Notes: generated by a model not told the origin, from the letters alone. Counted from the first letter of the stretch, positions 39,264 to 48,961 are shown. The stretch: 64,000 nt of DNA from a virus (IMGVR_UViG_3300010163_000005:1-64000), one strand, 5' to 3'. Numbers and translations: made by a program.

Positions 39264-42197
39264 TTAGCTAACGGCTGAAAAGCCAAACTCAATATTAATC
39301 CAATTTAATGGATATACAGCTTCAATTTCAAACTTAACATCTATTTGTCTTGGCTCTGCCGAATTACGTTTAACACTTAGTGAAGAGAAATTAATAATTA
39401 TACCTTGTGATATGAATTGATTTAACATCATTTCCATTGTGTGTTGTACATCACCAACAATACTTGATGTCAACTTTTTACCAATGTATGAATTTGCTGA
39501 CGTTGTTCTACAAGCATCTATTACATAATCTTTAATTTGAATAAGTGTAATTTCTTCGGAATTAACTTCTCCTCTAAATGTTGTTATACCATGTCTAATT
39601 TTTATATTTGAACCCGAATGTTCAAGCACACAACATCCTGCTCCTGCTAACACATTCTTTTCTGATTCACTATATAAATCTACTAATTCTGTAAATCCTG
39701 ATATTGTTTTGTTTGTTAATGGTTCAGCAGGATCATTTGATAATCCTATTGCTGCTACTGCTACTGCTGCATAACAACCTGGTAATGTTCTTGTGTTATA
39801 TTTTCCTGTTCTTAAATCTCTAATAGATTTTCTTATTGCTCCAGGTACAACATATACAATACGTTCATCAGAATATCCTTCCGCTGTTGCTACTAAACCT
39901 ATACTTCTATCTGATTTTGTAGCATTTTTATATATTGGTTGTTTAATCGCTCCTGCTAAATATCCCATTCTTTCTTTACCATATTCATAAGAACTCATTA
40001 AATTAACATGATTTTTTAAATAAGCACCTACAACACTTGACGTTGTTAGTGGAACAATTGTATTAAAATTGCTTACTTCTGCAATTGTTTTTGTTAATTT
40101 ATCAATAGCTGTCTGCATTTCATAATCTGAACTGTTTTTAGCTTGTACACATACAACTGCTGACACTCCATTGTTAAATGCTATTTCAGCACCTAAGCTT
40201 AATGAATTTAATACAGATGCCGAAGCGGATACATCATAATTACCATATGCAGCAACAATATCATCATAATTATTAAAATATCTTGGTTCATAATCTGCCT
40301 CTGATTTTCTATATTTATATGATACATAATATGTACTGCCCTCTGACGGAATTTCAGTAGATGTAATTCTTGGAGAGGTTACTATATATGCAACTGTTTC
40401 ACTATCTGTTATTTCAGCTAATTGTAATGTATCTACTTCAAAATTAATACCTGGAATTACTTCAAAATAATCATCTTGTCCAACACTTTCAGTTTCTCTA
40501 AATGTTTCATCTTTAATACCGTCTACATATCTTTCTATTAAAAACTTATCTTCATCATTTTCTGTTTCTGCTTTTATATATTTAATTCTATATATAGCTG
40601 ATTTTTCATATAATGTATCATTATTAATAACTACTACTTTATCAATAGCATTATATAAGATTGTATTATCTGCTGATGTAACACTATTTGATATATTATT
40701 ACTTGAATTAGAAGTAATACCATTCATATCAGTTTTAATAAAATCAGTTATGTTGCCATTTTTATCTAATACATTAATAACAACATAAAATTGTTCATCT
40801 TTATCATATTCACATTTCTTCAATTCAGCTATAAAATTGGATTTTTCTTTAGCATCTTCAATAGAAATTGTTACCGTTGCTTCAATATTAGGATTGTTGC
40901 TATCTCCTTTAAAAACTCTTAAATTAAATTTTTCATTATCTTTTGCATTTAATGTAACACTTTGTTTTTCAATATTATTAAATGGTATTGTACTTTCATC
41001 TACGGGAGTGCTATCGTCTACAGGATATGGAATACTTTGATATTGATATGTATATCCGTCTACCAAATTATTTACTATAGTAATTTTAATTTTTTCTATC
41101 GTTTCTCCCATTTTATCGTAACTTAAATTTGTTTTAAATGCAAACGTAGGAATAGTCTTTTTAAATACTTCCTGTAATGTATCTTTATTAATTGTGTATG
41201 CATTATCATTAATATTTTCTATTGCATAAGCATTATCTGTATTAAATCTATTATCATCATTAGACATAAAATCAGTATTAGAAACATATATATTGCTATA
41301 TGAACCACCTACAATTTTATCCCATTCTAAATTAATATTTTGAATAGGTCCCGTAGCTGTTCCTTCTGTTTCGCTGTCTAAAGGTTCTCTCTTTACTTCA
41401 CATTTAGTAATGTGTAAATCAAAATCTTCTGATTTAACTAATTCCTTATATGCTTGTGCCTCAACTTCTGTTTTTGCTGCTGTTGTAGTTATTTTAATAT
41501 AATCACCAACGCTAACTAATGGTTTTTTAGTTTCGCTATCTTCAATATAAGTATTTTTTACTGTTAATTTTAATCCAGGAATAGGATATGTTCCATCTTC
41601 ATTTTCAACAGGATTGTTTGATACAACATATTCACCCACTATTTCACTTGTTAATACATTAATAATTCTATAACAACCTTGTTTATTTCCTTCTGTTATT
41701 GAAACATCATCTTCATTTATATAAGATGCTTCAATCATCCATTCGCCATCTTCCATAGGGATTTCAGCATTTTCATCCACATAAGCTTCAATGTTATAAT
41801 TTACTGTAGCATCAGAAGTATTTACATAAAAGTGAGGGAATAAATCATAATTTATCTTTATGGATGGTTCAACTAAAGAATCCCAAGCAATAATATTCCC
41901 ATAATATCTATACCCTTTATTTGTTGATGAAGTTTCTTTATAGTTTATATTATCTCCTACGGATATATTATCATATATTGGTCTTGACGTTACACTTAAC
42001 ACTTCAAATACATTACTATGAGCGAGTGTATCGTAAGGCTTTGAATTGCTTTTTGTTACAGCCTCATTAGTTACTGTATAATAATTAATACCTGTTCCAA
42101 CTAAAGCCATAATTCTTGAATTTCCTACGGCTGTTGCTGTTGGACTTGCAGTTTTTATAAATCTTGCATATGTACCAGGTGGTTTATATATTGCCAT
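39264..42197 (-). CDS. contractile tail sheath protein (977 aa)
   Basis: N-terminal YKPPGTY; C-terminal sheath motifs DPAEPLTNKTISGF, IRHGITT and AVYPLNWINIEF. Confidence 0.88.
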   Translation of the reverse strand: MAIYKPPGTYARFIKTASPTATAVGNSRIMALVGTGINYYTVTNEAVTKSNSKPYDTLAHSNVFEVLSVTSRPIYDNISVGDNINYKETSSTNKGYRYYGNIIAWDSLVEPSIKINYDLFPHFYVNTSDATVNYNIEAYVDENAEIPMEDGEWMIEASYINEDDVSITEGNKQGCYRIINVLTSEIVGEYVVSNNPVENEDGTYPIPGLKLTVKNTYIEDSETKKPLVSVGDYIKITTTAAKTEVEAQAYKELVKSEDFDLHITKCEVKREPLDSETEGTATGPIQNINLEWDKIVGGSYSNIYVSNTDFMSNDDNRFNTDNAYAIENINDNAYTINKDTLQEVFKKTIPTFAFKTNLSYDKMGETIEKIKITIVNNLVDGYTYQYQSIPYPVDDSTPVDESTIPFNNIEKQSVTLNAKDNEKFNLRVFKGDSNNPNIEATVTISIEDAKEKSNFIAELKKCEYDKDEQFYVVINVLDKNGNITDFIKTDMNGITSNSSNNISNSVTSADNTILYNAIDKVVVINNDTLYEKSAIYRIKYIKAETENDEDKFLIERYVDGIKDETFRETESVGQDDYFEVIPGINFEVDTLQLAEITDSETVAYIVTSPRITSTEIPSEGSTYYVSYKYRKSEADYEPRYFNNYDDIVAAYGNYDVSASASVLNSLSLGAEIAFNNGVSAVVCVQAKNSSDYEMQTAIDKLTKTIAEVSNFNTIVPLTTSSVVGAYLKNHVNLMSSYEYGKERMGYLAGAIKQPIYKNATKSDRSIGLVATAEGYSDERIVYVVPGAIRKSIRDLRTGKYNTRTLPGCYAAVAVAAIGLSNDPAEPLTNKTISGFTELVDLYSESEKNVLAGAGCCVLEHSGSNIKIRHGITTFRGEVNSEEITLIQIKDYVIDACRTTSANSYIGKKLTSSIVGDVQHTMEMMLNQFISQGIIINFSSLSVKRNSAEPRQIDVKFEIEAVYPLNWINIEFGFSAVS

Positions 42198-42363
42198 TTA
42201 TAGTACCTCCTTTTAAAACTATTTTTTAAATAAATTTATAATTTTGCTATAAATATTTTATTATAAAATATAAAAAATAACAGATTTTTATATATCAAAT
42301 TTTTATTGTTTATATTTTAATACATTTGTATTAAAAAAATATCTCTTTAAAAAAATATATATT

Positions 42364-42924
42364 TTAGTCAATATTAATATTAATATTTTTGATATCAAGT
42401 AAATCAATATAGTAATTCCATTGATTCCAAACAGATAATCCTATACTTGATAAAAATACTACATTATTTTTATCCATTACAGTAGAATCACTATTATATT
42501 TTGTACTTGTTATTAATATCCCTTTCGCTTCTAATTTTCTATATAAATATATTCTTAAAGCATTAACTAAAAAATCTGAAATAAATTCGGTATGATAAGA
42601 AGATAAAGTAGCTAATTCTAATGTTAAATTAAAAGTGTATGTGCCCCCGTATAAATATCCTATTATATCTCCAAATTGATTATATTGTTCTTGTTTGAAA
42701 TCTCCTATACCTAATTGTTGTATATCTCCGTTACTGCCCGAAATTACAGCTATAGGATAACTTATTAATGTATCTGGTGTAGTATCATATATTTTTAATT
42801 GTTTTATGTCATCAACGGTTATTTTATTATTTAATAAGTGTTCATAATTTTCAGCATTATGAATATATCCTCTTAAAAATTGTATAATTGTAGTTTTAGT
42901 ATATAACAAAGCCGTTTGTTTCAA
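42364..42924 (-). CDS. putative tail completion/terminator protein
   Basis: Position upstream of the sheath; YPIAVIS motif; beta-rich. Confidence 0.45.
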   Translation of the reverse strand: MKQTALLYTKTTIIQFLRGYIHNAENYEHLLNNKITVDDIKQLKIYDTTPDTLISYPIAVISGSNGDIQQLGIGDFKQEQYNQFGDIIGYLYGGTYTFNLTLELATLSSYHTEFISDFLVNALRIYLYRKLEAKGILITSTKYNSDSTVMDKNNVVFLSSIGLSVWNQWNYYIDLLDIKNININID

Positions 42925-42953
42925 ATTTATTCACTTCCTTTATTAATGTAATA

Positions 42954-42989
42954 AAAAAAGAATAGTAATTTTATTTACTATTCTTTTTT
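42954..42989. terminator. terminator hairpin
   Basis: AAAAAAGAATAGTAA-N6-TTACTATTCTTTTTT. Confidence 0.55.
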
Positions 42990-43142
42990 GTTTATAAAAT
43001 TATTCTAATGTTATAAAAATGTATAAAATAAATTTTTTATTAAAAATATCATAAAATTAAAAGTCATTTTTATACTTACAACAAATTATTAGTTGTTTTT
43101 ATAATATCACTAATTTTAAATTAATATATTTTTAATTAATTA

Positions 43143-43466
43143 TTAAACATTAAAATTATTATCTTTTATTTGTTTTTCTGTAAGAATACTAATATGATAA
43201 TGTAAAAGAGTATCAGGTGTTTCTATTTTTTTTACTCTAAATCCACATTTCTTAAATAAATTAGCTACATTTTCATATGTTGTTATTCCATAGTGTTCTA
43301 CTGATTTAATAATTTGATTGTAACAATCTGCCATATCCCCTATACAATATGGTGTAAGTCTATGTAATTTGCCATTATAAAACATATCTAACAATAAATC
43401 CTTTGCTTTAAGTATTTTTTTTATTTGTGTCTTTGTTAATTTTATTTCCATTTTTATACCCTCCAT
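43143..43466 (-). CDS. hypothetical protein
   Basis: 107-aa ORF; probable start at the second Met after GGAGG. Confidence 0.6.
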   Translation of the reverse strand: MEGIKMEIKLTKTQIKKILKAKDLLLDMFYNGKLHRLTPYCIGDMADCYNQIIKSVEHYGITTYENVANLFKKCGFRVKKIETPDTLLHYHISILTEKQIKDNNFNV

Positions 43467-43540
43467 AAAACATACGAGTTATAATACTCATTCTCTTTAA
43501 TTTAAAATATGTAATAGTCAATATATTATATTTTAACATA

Positions 43541-43570
43541 AAGGATAATTATTTGCAAATAATTATCCTT
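43541..43570. repeat. perfect 30-bp palindrome
   Basis: AAGGATAATTATTTG|CAAATAATTATCCTT. Confidence 0.7.
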
Positions 43571-43621
43571 ACATAAAAAAAGAGTAGTAAATAAATACTA
43601 CCCTCTTTTAATTATTTTTAA

Positions 43622-44422
43622 TTAATACAATATAGTTCCATCTTTAGCGTACATCCAATCATTTGACATTAAATCCTCAATAAGTGCATCATCATCTGGA
43701 TAAAACATTTTATATCCAAAATCTTCCATTTCACCACAAAAATCTTCTAAATAATCTATAAGTTTTGTTTCAAAGTCCTTTGTTTTTTTAGAAAATTCTT
43801 TAATATTACTTATTGGTGATTCTCCGTCATATGAATCTTCTATTGTATCTTTTACCATATCTTCGTCCATATATACATCAATCATATCATCTGTAAAAAA
43901 AGGACTATATCCATTATTGTGAATTGATATATCTGTTGTTCTAGGATATTGACATTCTTCAAATAATTCTTTTTCATCTTCACTAAAAGATATACCTGTA
44001 ATTTTTGAAGCATCATCTATATCAATAGAACCTGTTAATCCAAAACCATCACCTTGGCTAAAAGATAAACTATATGTATATTCTAAATCACTATTGGGGA
44101 AAATACTTGATAATCTATAATCAAACTCGTCATTTACTATATCTTGAACCATTTCTGGATAATCTATTGAATAATCATTTAATGCTTTTTGTTGAGCTGC
44201 TTTAGATAATTCGTCAAATGTATATGTTTCTTCATTTGCTTTTCTATAAAGTTTCTTTCTACTTGCCATTTTTTTAAATGCTTTTTTAATAAGAGCGTCC
44301 CTATTAAAAGTATTTCTATTAAAAGCAGTTCTATTAAAAGTATTGTTACTAGTAGAAAATCTACTAGTAAATTGTTTGCCAATCCTATTTTTACTTTTTA
44401 ATCTTTTTACAATTCTATTCAT
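43622..44422 (-). CDS. highly acidic protein of a conserved mobile-element family, with ~60-aa basic KRL leader
   Basis: Leader MNRIVKRLK...LYRKA|NEE, then YTFDELSKAAQQKA...SQGDG...DDALIEDLMSNDWMYAKDG. Confidence 0.75.
   Translation of the reverse strand: MNRIVKRLKSKNRIGKQFTSRFSTSNNTFNRTAFNRNTFNRDALIKKAFKKMASRKKLYRKANEETYTFDELSKAAQQKALNDYSIDYPEMVQDIVNDEFDYRLSSIFPNSDLEYTYSLSFSQGDGFGLTGSIDIDDASKITGISFSEDEKELFEECQYPRTTDISIHNNGYSPFFTDDMIDVYMDEDMVKDTIEDSYDGESPISNIKEFSKKTKDFETKLIDYLEDFCGEMEDFGYKMFYPDDDALIEDLMSNDWMYAKDGTILY
44301..44345 (-). repeat. 3 x 15-bp tandem repeat encoding xxFNR
   Basis: CTATTAAAAGTATTT CTATTAAAAGCAGTT CTATTAAAAGTATTG. Confidence 0.75.
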
Positions 44423-44451
44423 TTTACATTCTCCTTTTTTAATTTATATTC

Positions 44452-44484
44452 ATTATTCATTAGAATATTATTCTAATGAATAAT
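44452..44484. promoter_or_regulatory. perfect 16-bp inverted repeat upstream of a KRL-leader gene
   Basis: ATTATTCATTAGAATA-T-TATTCTAATGAATAAT; core shared with 11263-11299. Confidence 0.6.
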
Positions 44485-44527
44485 ATTTATAATAATTTTT
44501 ATAATAAATTTATGAAAAAATTTTTAT

Positions 44528-44770
44528 TTAATATACTACATACGCTTTTCCACTCCATAGCTTATAAATGCTATTACAACGAGGGCAAATTTTAAAACCA
44601 TCTTTTCTTTTTAATTGATGGTATTGACATATAGGGCATCTATCATGTTTTATATCTGCTTCTGATAATTCATTTAATTGCTCCATTGAATTTACATTAT
44701 CTTCTTCAATAAAAATATCTCTATTATCGTATTCATTAATATTTTCTGATTGTCTTATTAACCGTTTCAA
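44528..44770 (-). CDS. small Zn-ribbon protein with KRL leader (MKRLIRQS)
   Basis: CPIC...CPRC; RBS GGGAGGT, TTG start. Confidence 0.75.
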   Translation of the reverse strand: MKRLIRQSENINEYDNRDIFIEEDNVNSMEQLNELSEADIKHDRCPICQYHQLKRKDGFKICPRCNSIYKLWSGKAYVVY

Positions 44771-44894
44771 AAAATATTACCTCCCCATTTTTTATCTAAA
44801 TTTTATCATCATTTAATATTATATATTAAAAAATATACATAATATATTTTGTTATAAAAATACAATAATCATTAAATAATTTATTTTTTAAATG

Positions 44895-45398
44895 TTATTT
44901 ATAAATATTTTTTCTATTATATCTTTTTAAATTTTTATCTAATGCAGATGTTTTTACTCTTTTTAATCTTTTTATTTTTGCTGCTATTGGCTGCTCTTCT
45001 TGTTCTTCAAGAAATTTTTCATATGCTGAATGATTATTCTTTCTTACAAATTTTTCTCCATTCATTTCAAAATTGTTAAAATTAATATCAGTTAATGCAT
45101 CTACCTCTTTATATTCTGTTTTATAATTACTATTATTATTTATATCATACATCAAAATAACAACAAAAAATTTTTTCTTATTTTCATTTTGATATGCGTA
45201 ATATTCTATTGCATAATTAAAGTTTTCACTAAAACAACCTGTAAACGCATCTTTATGACTTGGAGGAAGATATAAATTAAGTGAATTAAAATCTAATCCT
45301 TTTCCCTCTAATACTGTTTTACATATCATTTCAGCATTTTTACGATCATATCCATATGTGTCTAATTCTACGGCATCAGCTTTAATTAATCTTTTCAT
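44895..45398 (-). CDS. hypothetical protein with KRL leader (MKRLIKA) and basic KRL-containing C-tail
   Basis: RBS GAGGT/AAGGA; C-terminal KIKRLKRVKTSA. Confidence 0.75.
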   Translation of the reverse strand: MKRLIKADAVELDTYGYDRKNAEMICKTVLEGKGLDFNSLNLYLPPSHKDAFTGCFSENFNYAIEYYAYQNENKKKFFVVILMYDINNNSNYKTEYKEVDALTDINFNNFEMNGEKFVRKNNHSAYEKFLEEQEEQPIAAKIKRLKRVKTSALDKNLKRYNRKNIYK

Positions 45399-45544
45399 TG
45401 TTCCTTACCTCTTTTTTTATTTTTAAAATAAAAATATTTTATAAAATTATTTGTAAAAAAATAAAAACAGAGGAATTTACCAATTCTCTGTTTTTAATAT
45501 AATAAATATAGTATTTTATAATATAAATGTATTATTTAATAAAC

Positions 45545-46468
45545 TTATACTATATATCCTTTTGTAATTGTTACTTGTTTATCAAAAGGCATTAATGATA
45601 GCAATTTTCGGATTTGATGTTTAGATAAACTTTTAAAAAAAGCATTAAGTAACATTTCATCATATAAAATTGTTTCTTTGTAACATATAAAAAATTGTTT
45701 TATTTGATAAAAATGTAATAATAATAATATATAACAAAATATCTGTTTATCATCATCTAAAGTTTGCCATACATTTGTTAATAATTTGAAATAGTATTTA
45801 TTTAAAGTTGACGGATATAAGTTTTTTATCATATATTTAAATATGTTAATCCATTGTGTATTTATATGCTCACATTCAAACCAACTCAATAACCATTCTA
45901 TAATAGAAATATTAAAACATTTTACTTCTATTTTTTCATTAATATGTTTTAAAAAATTAAATAAACTATCAACCCTAATATCAAAATGAAGGCACTGATT
46001 TGTATTACATTGTAATACTTTTTTTAAATCAGAAAATGATTCTATAAATATTTTAAAATTAATATTTTTTGTAACATTTAATGTTGTTGAATAATCATTT
46101 AAATTATAACCAAATCCTGATACACCCAATTTAACAATACCATAACATTTATCAAAATTTTTTATTTCCTTTTTTGTAATCTTACATAATTGATTTATTA
46201 CTTCTTTTTTTTTACCCAAAGTGCTTAATGCTTCTATTATTGCATATAATAATAATAATTCATAATTATCATATTGTAGTATTTTTGAATTATAATACAA
46301 ATCTTCATCATTATATCGAATATTAGGTATTCTATTAGTTCGTATAAAAGCAACTTCATTTTTAATAAAAAGATATAATGAACATATACTCATATTATTA
46401 TCAATTTGTATAGCATTTAATACCTTTTGTTGAGTATTAGTATCAAGTATTTCAATCATTTGCGACAT
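45545..46468 (-). CDS. hypothetical protein
   Basis: 307-aa ORF with RBS AAAGGA. Confidence 0.65.
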   Translation of the reverse strand: MSQMIEILDTNTQQKVLNAIQIDNNMSICSLYLFIKNEVAFIRTNRIPNIRYNDEDLYYNSKILQYDNYELLLLYAIIEALSTLGKKKEVINQLCKITKKEIKNFDKCYGIVKLGVSGFGYNLNDYSTTLNVTKNINFKIFIESFSDLKKVLQCNTNQCLHFDIRVDSLFNFLKHINEKIEVKCFNISIIEWLLSWFECEHINTQWINIFKYMIKNLYPSTLNKYYFKLLTNVWQTLDDDKQIFCYILLLLHFYQIKQFFICYKETILYDEMLLNAFFKSLSKHQIRKLLSLMPFDKQVTITKGYIV

Positions 46469-46499
46469 TTTAATTATCCTTTCATTTTTTAATTTAAAA

Positions 46500-46862
46500 T
46501 TAATGATTTTTAATAAAATTTCTTATATCTCTTTTGATTTTAAAAGAAATAATATCATTTAATTCAGTATAAATTTCAAAAATCTTAATAATATCTTTAA
46601 TAAAGACTTCTGTATTATTTTTCGCCATATAATAATGTTGAATTATATAATTAACCAATTTTTTATCAAAATCAGGATAATCTTTTTTTATTCCTTTTAT
46701 ACAATTTTCTAAACATTTATAATAAGATAATTTCTTTGCATCTTCTTTTTCAAGTAAATCATAAATGCTTAAAATTCCCTCTACACAAGCCGAATAAGCA
46801 ACTTGCATTGCTTCATTTAAAATATTCAGCATATAATCATAATTCATAATATTTGTTTTCAT
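46500..46862 (-). CDS. hypothetical protein
   Basis: RBS AAGGAG; consensus promoter upstream. Confidence 0.7.
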   Translation of the reverse strand: MKTNIMNYDYMLNILNEAMQVAYSACVEGILSIYDLLEKEDAKKLSYYKCLENCIKGIKKDYPDFDKKLVNYIIQHYYMAKNNTEVFIKDIIKIFEIYTELNDIISFKIKRDIRNFIKNH

Positions 46863-46901
46863 AATAATTCACTCCTTTTATATAATTCATTTATTAATTA
46901 T

Positions 46902-46930
46902 ATTATATATTATTATTTAAACTTTGTCAA
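46902..46930 (-). promoter_or_regulatory. consensus sigmaA promoter
   Basis: TTGACA-17 bp-TATAAT. Confidence 0.8.
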
Positions 46931-47008
46931 TATTTTTTTTATAAAAATAAAAAAATAATTTATGCTTATATAATAAATATATTAATATTTTATAAAGGAG
47001 TTATAATA

Positions 47009-47365
47009 ATGAAACGATTAATAAAAAAATCAAAAGAATTAATGTTTTCTAAAAATGATTTTTATGATACAATAGAAAAACCCTTAGAAAATAATATAAA
47101 ACCATTAATTTCAGAATTTGCGAATAATATTATAAAAAACAATTTTAATGATGATGATACATCAACCGCTATAGAAAAAGTTATAACTAATAAATTATTA
47201 GAGTTATATCACAAATCATTCTCCAGTTTTACAAGTAATGCTGAAATGGAATTACCTTATTTATTAGATAAGTGTAAATATTTTCTTAATGTTGCTTCTA
47301 AAGAACATAATCAAGCAAAAAGAACAACAATATTAAATAAATTATTAAAAAAATATTCAAAATAA
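47009..47365 (+). CDS. hypothetical protein with KRL leader (MKRLIKKS)
   Basis: RBS AAGGAG; own terminator. Confidence 0.75.
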   Translation: MKRLIKKSKELMFSKNDFYDTIEKPLENNIKPLISEFANNIIKNNFNDDDTSTAIEKVITNKLLELYHKSFSSFTSNAEMELPYLLDKCKYFLNVASKEHNQAKRTTILNKLLKKYSK

Positions 47366-47370
47366 AATTA

Positions 47371-47400
47371 AAAAAAGAGTAATTGTAATTACTCTTTTTT
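47371..47400. terminator. bidirectional terminator
   Basis: AAAAAAGAGTAATT-GT-AATTACTCTTTTTT. Confidence 0.7.
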
Positions 47401-47407
47401 ATTATTT

Positions 47408-47722
47408 CTAATTATAAATTAAATAATTTTCTTTTTTATTTAGGACAAACCCATTTTTAACATACCACTTTTCTAATTGTTTATAGTTTAAATCACCGTA
47501 TGGATTAATTTCACAAATTAATTTTAATTTTTTTTCTTTAAACACTTTTAATAATTCTTTTAATAATAATGTTCCTATTCCTTTATTTCGTAATTGTTTA
47601 GGCACGATAATTCTATTAAAATAATAAGTATCCTTACTTGTTTTTGATGTTTCAGCACAAGCAATTGAGTTTTCCATACGATAGTAAACTCCTATTGTAT
47701 ATTCAGTAATACTTATCTTCAT
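47408..47722 (-). CDS. GNAT-family acetyltransferase
   Basis: Motif A RIIVPKQLRNKGIGTLLL; C-terminal WYVKNGF. Confidence 0.8.
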   Translation of the reverse strand: MKISITEYTIGVYYRMENSIACAETSKTSKDTYYFNRIIVPKQLRNKGIGTLLLKELLKVFKEKKLKLICEINPYGDLNYKQLEKWYVKNGFVLNKKENYLIYN

Positions 47723-47752
47723 TTTTACTCATATCCCTTCTATTTTAAAAAT

Positions 47753-47932
47753 TTATAATTTTTTAGAAATAATGTTTATAACTTGATTCATTGTTGTTTC
47801 ATCTGGAAAAACTGATGAAAATTCATACCTATCATTTAAAAGCAAAAAAGGCTTTTGATAAAAACCCTCTTTTGAATATTTCCCAAAGATTAAAATTTTT
47901 ACTTGTAATAAGATTTTTTTTAACTTATTCAT
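47753..47932 (-). CDS. 59-aa hypothetical protein (MNKLKKILLQVKILIFG...)
   Basis: RBS AAAGGA; fills the gap in the minus-strand unit; below the track cutoff. Confidence 0.55.
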   Translation of the reverse strand: MNKLKKILLQVKILIFGKYSKEGFYQKPFLLLNDRYEFSSVFPDETTMNQVINIISKKL

Positions 47933-48022
47933 ATATATTAAATCCTTTTAATAATTTTTATAAATGTTTTTAATTTAATTATGTATAATAAAATAATATA
48001 GAATTTTACAATACTTGTTTTA

Positions 48023-48889
48023 TTATTTTATATAATTTGTTATTAACACTTCATCTGTATTATTACCTTTATTTTTTCTTTGATAATTAGAATTGTTATA
48101 TGAACGTCCTAAATGATAAACATTATACTTTTTACTCCATTCTATCAATATATTATTTATTAACCCTTTATTTTCAAATACATTACTTAAAGCAAACTTT
48201 ATATTAGCATTATTTAGTTTATCCAGTATATTAAATAGTTTTATATCATCTTCTTTACTCCAACCATTAAATCCTCTCTTGCCATCTTGATAAACCCCTA
48301 CTCCTAACAAATAAGGGCAGTCACAATAAACAAAATCATCTTTATTTAAATTAGAAAAATCAAAATCTACAAAGTTTTTGTTTATAAATGTATAATTTCC
48401 ATTATGTAATCTTTCTACAAATTTATTGAGATTATTTCTAATATTGCCATTCATTGTGCTTGCTTCTTTGCCAAAACTACTATTATATTGGTGATTATTA
48501 TTAAATCTTATTTGAAAATTAAATGAATAACATATTAAAATAAATAAATCTCTAATATCTTTTTCTCTATTATATTTCTCTCTAAATATTAAAAATGATT
48601 CTGCGTTTGTAGAAGATAAATTGTTCTCTACAATAGCTTTATCAATATAGTCATTAATTATTTTTAGTTCTGTATCCTTCCAATATTTAAACAAGTCTGA
48701 TAGATAATTTATAATATCATTATAAATAATGTGTTGTGCATTTACATTAATACCTACATTAAATGCTCCCCCAAATAAATCAACAAAAGTATCAATATTA
48801 TCAGGAAACATAGGAATAATTTTTTTTAATAATCTGTATTTTCCACCTGCATAATTTATAGGTGATTTTATGTATTTAATTTCTTCCAT
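48023..48889 (-). CDS. Dam-like (D12, alpha class) DNA adenine methyltransferase
   Basis: SPINYAGGK, FVDLFGGAFNV, motif IV variant FVYCDCPY, EVLITNY. Confidence 0.88.
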   Translation of the reverse strand: MEEIKYIKSPINYAGGKYRLLKKIIPMFPDNIDTFVDLFGGAFNVGINVNAQHIIYNDIINYLSDLFKYWKDTELKIINDYIDKAIVENNLSSTNAESFLIFREKYNREKDIRDLFILICYSFNFQIRFNNNHQYNSSFGKEASTMNGNIRNNLNKFVERLHNGNYTFINKNFVDFDFSNLNKDDFVYCDCPYLLGVGVYQDGKRGFNGWSKEDDIKLFNILDKLNNANIKFALSNVFENKGLINNILIEWSKKYNVYHLGRSYNNSNYQRKNKGNNTDEVLITNYIK

Positions 48890-48932
48890 TATTATCTCCT
48901 TTTCTGTTTATAAAATGTTTTTTATCAATCAT

Positions 48933-48961
48933 ATTATAATATAATTAATAAGTTTTGTCAA
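48933..48961 (-). promoter_or_regulatory. consensus sigmaA promoter for the Dam-like methylase
   Basis: TTGACA-17 bp-TATAAT. Confidence 0.8.
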
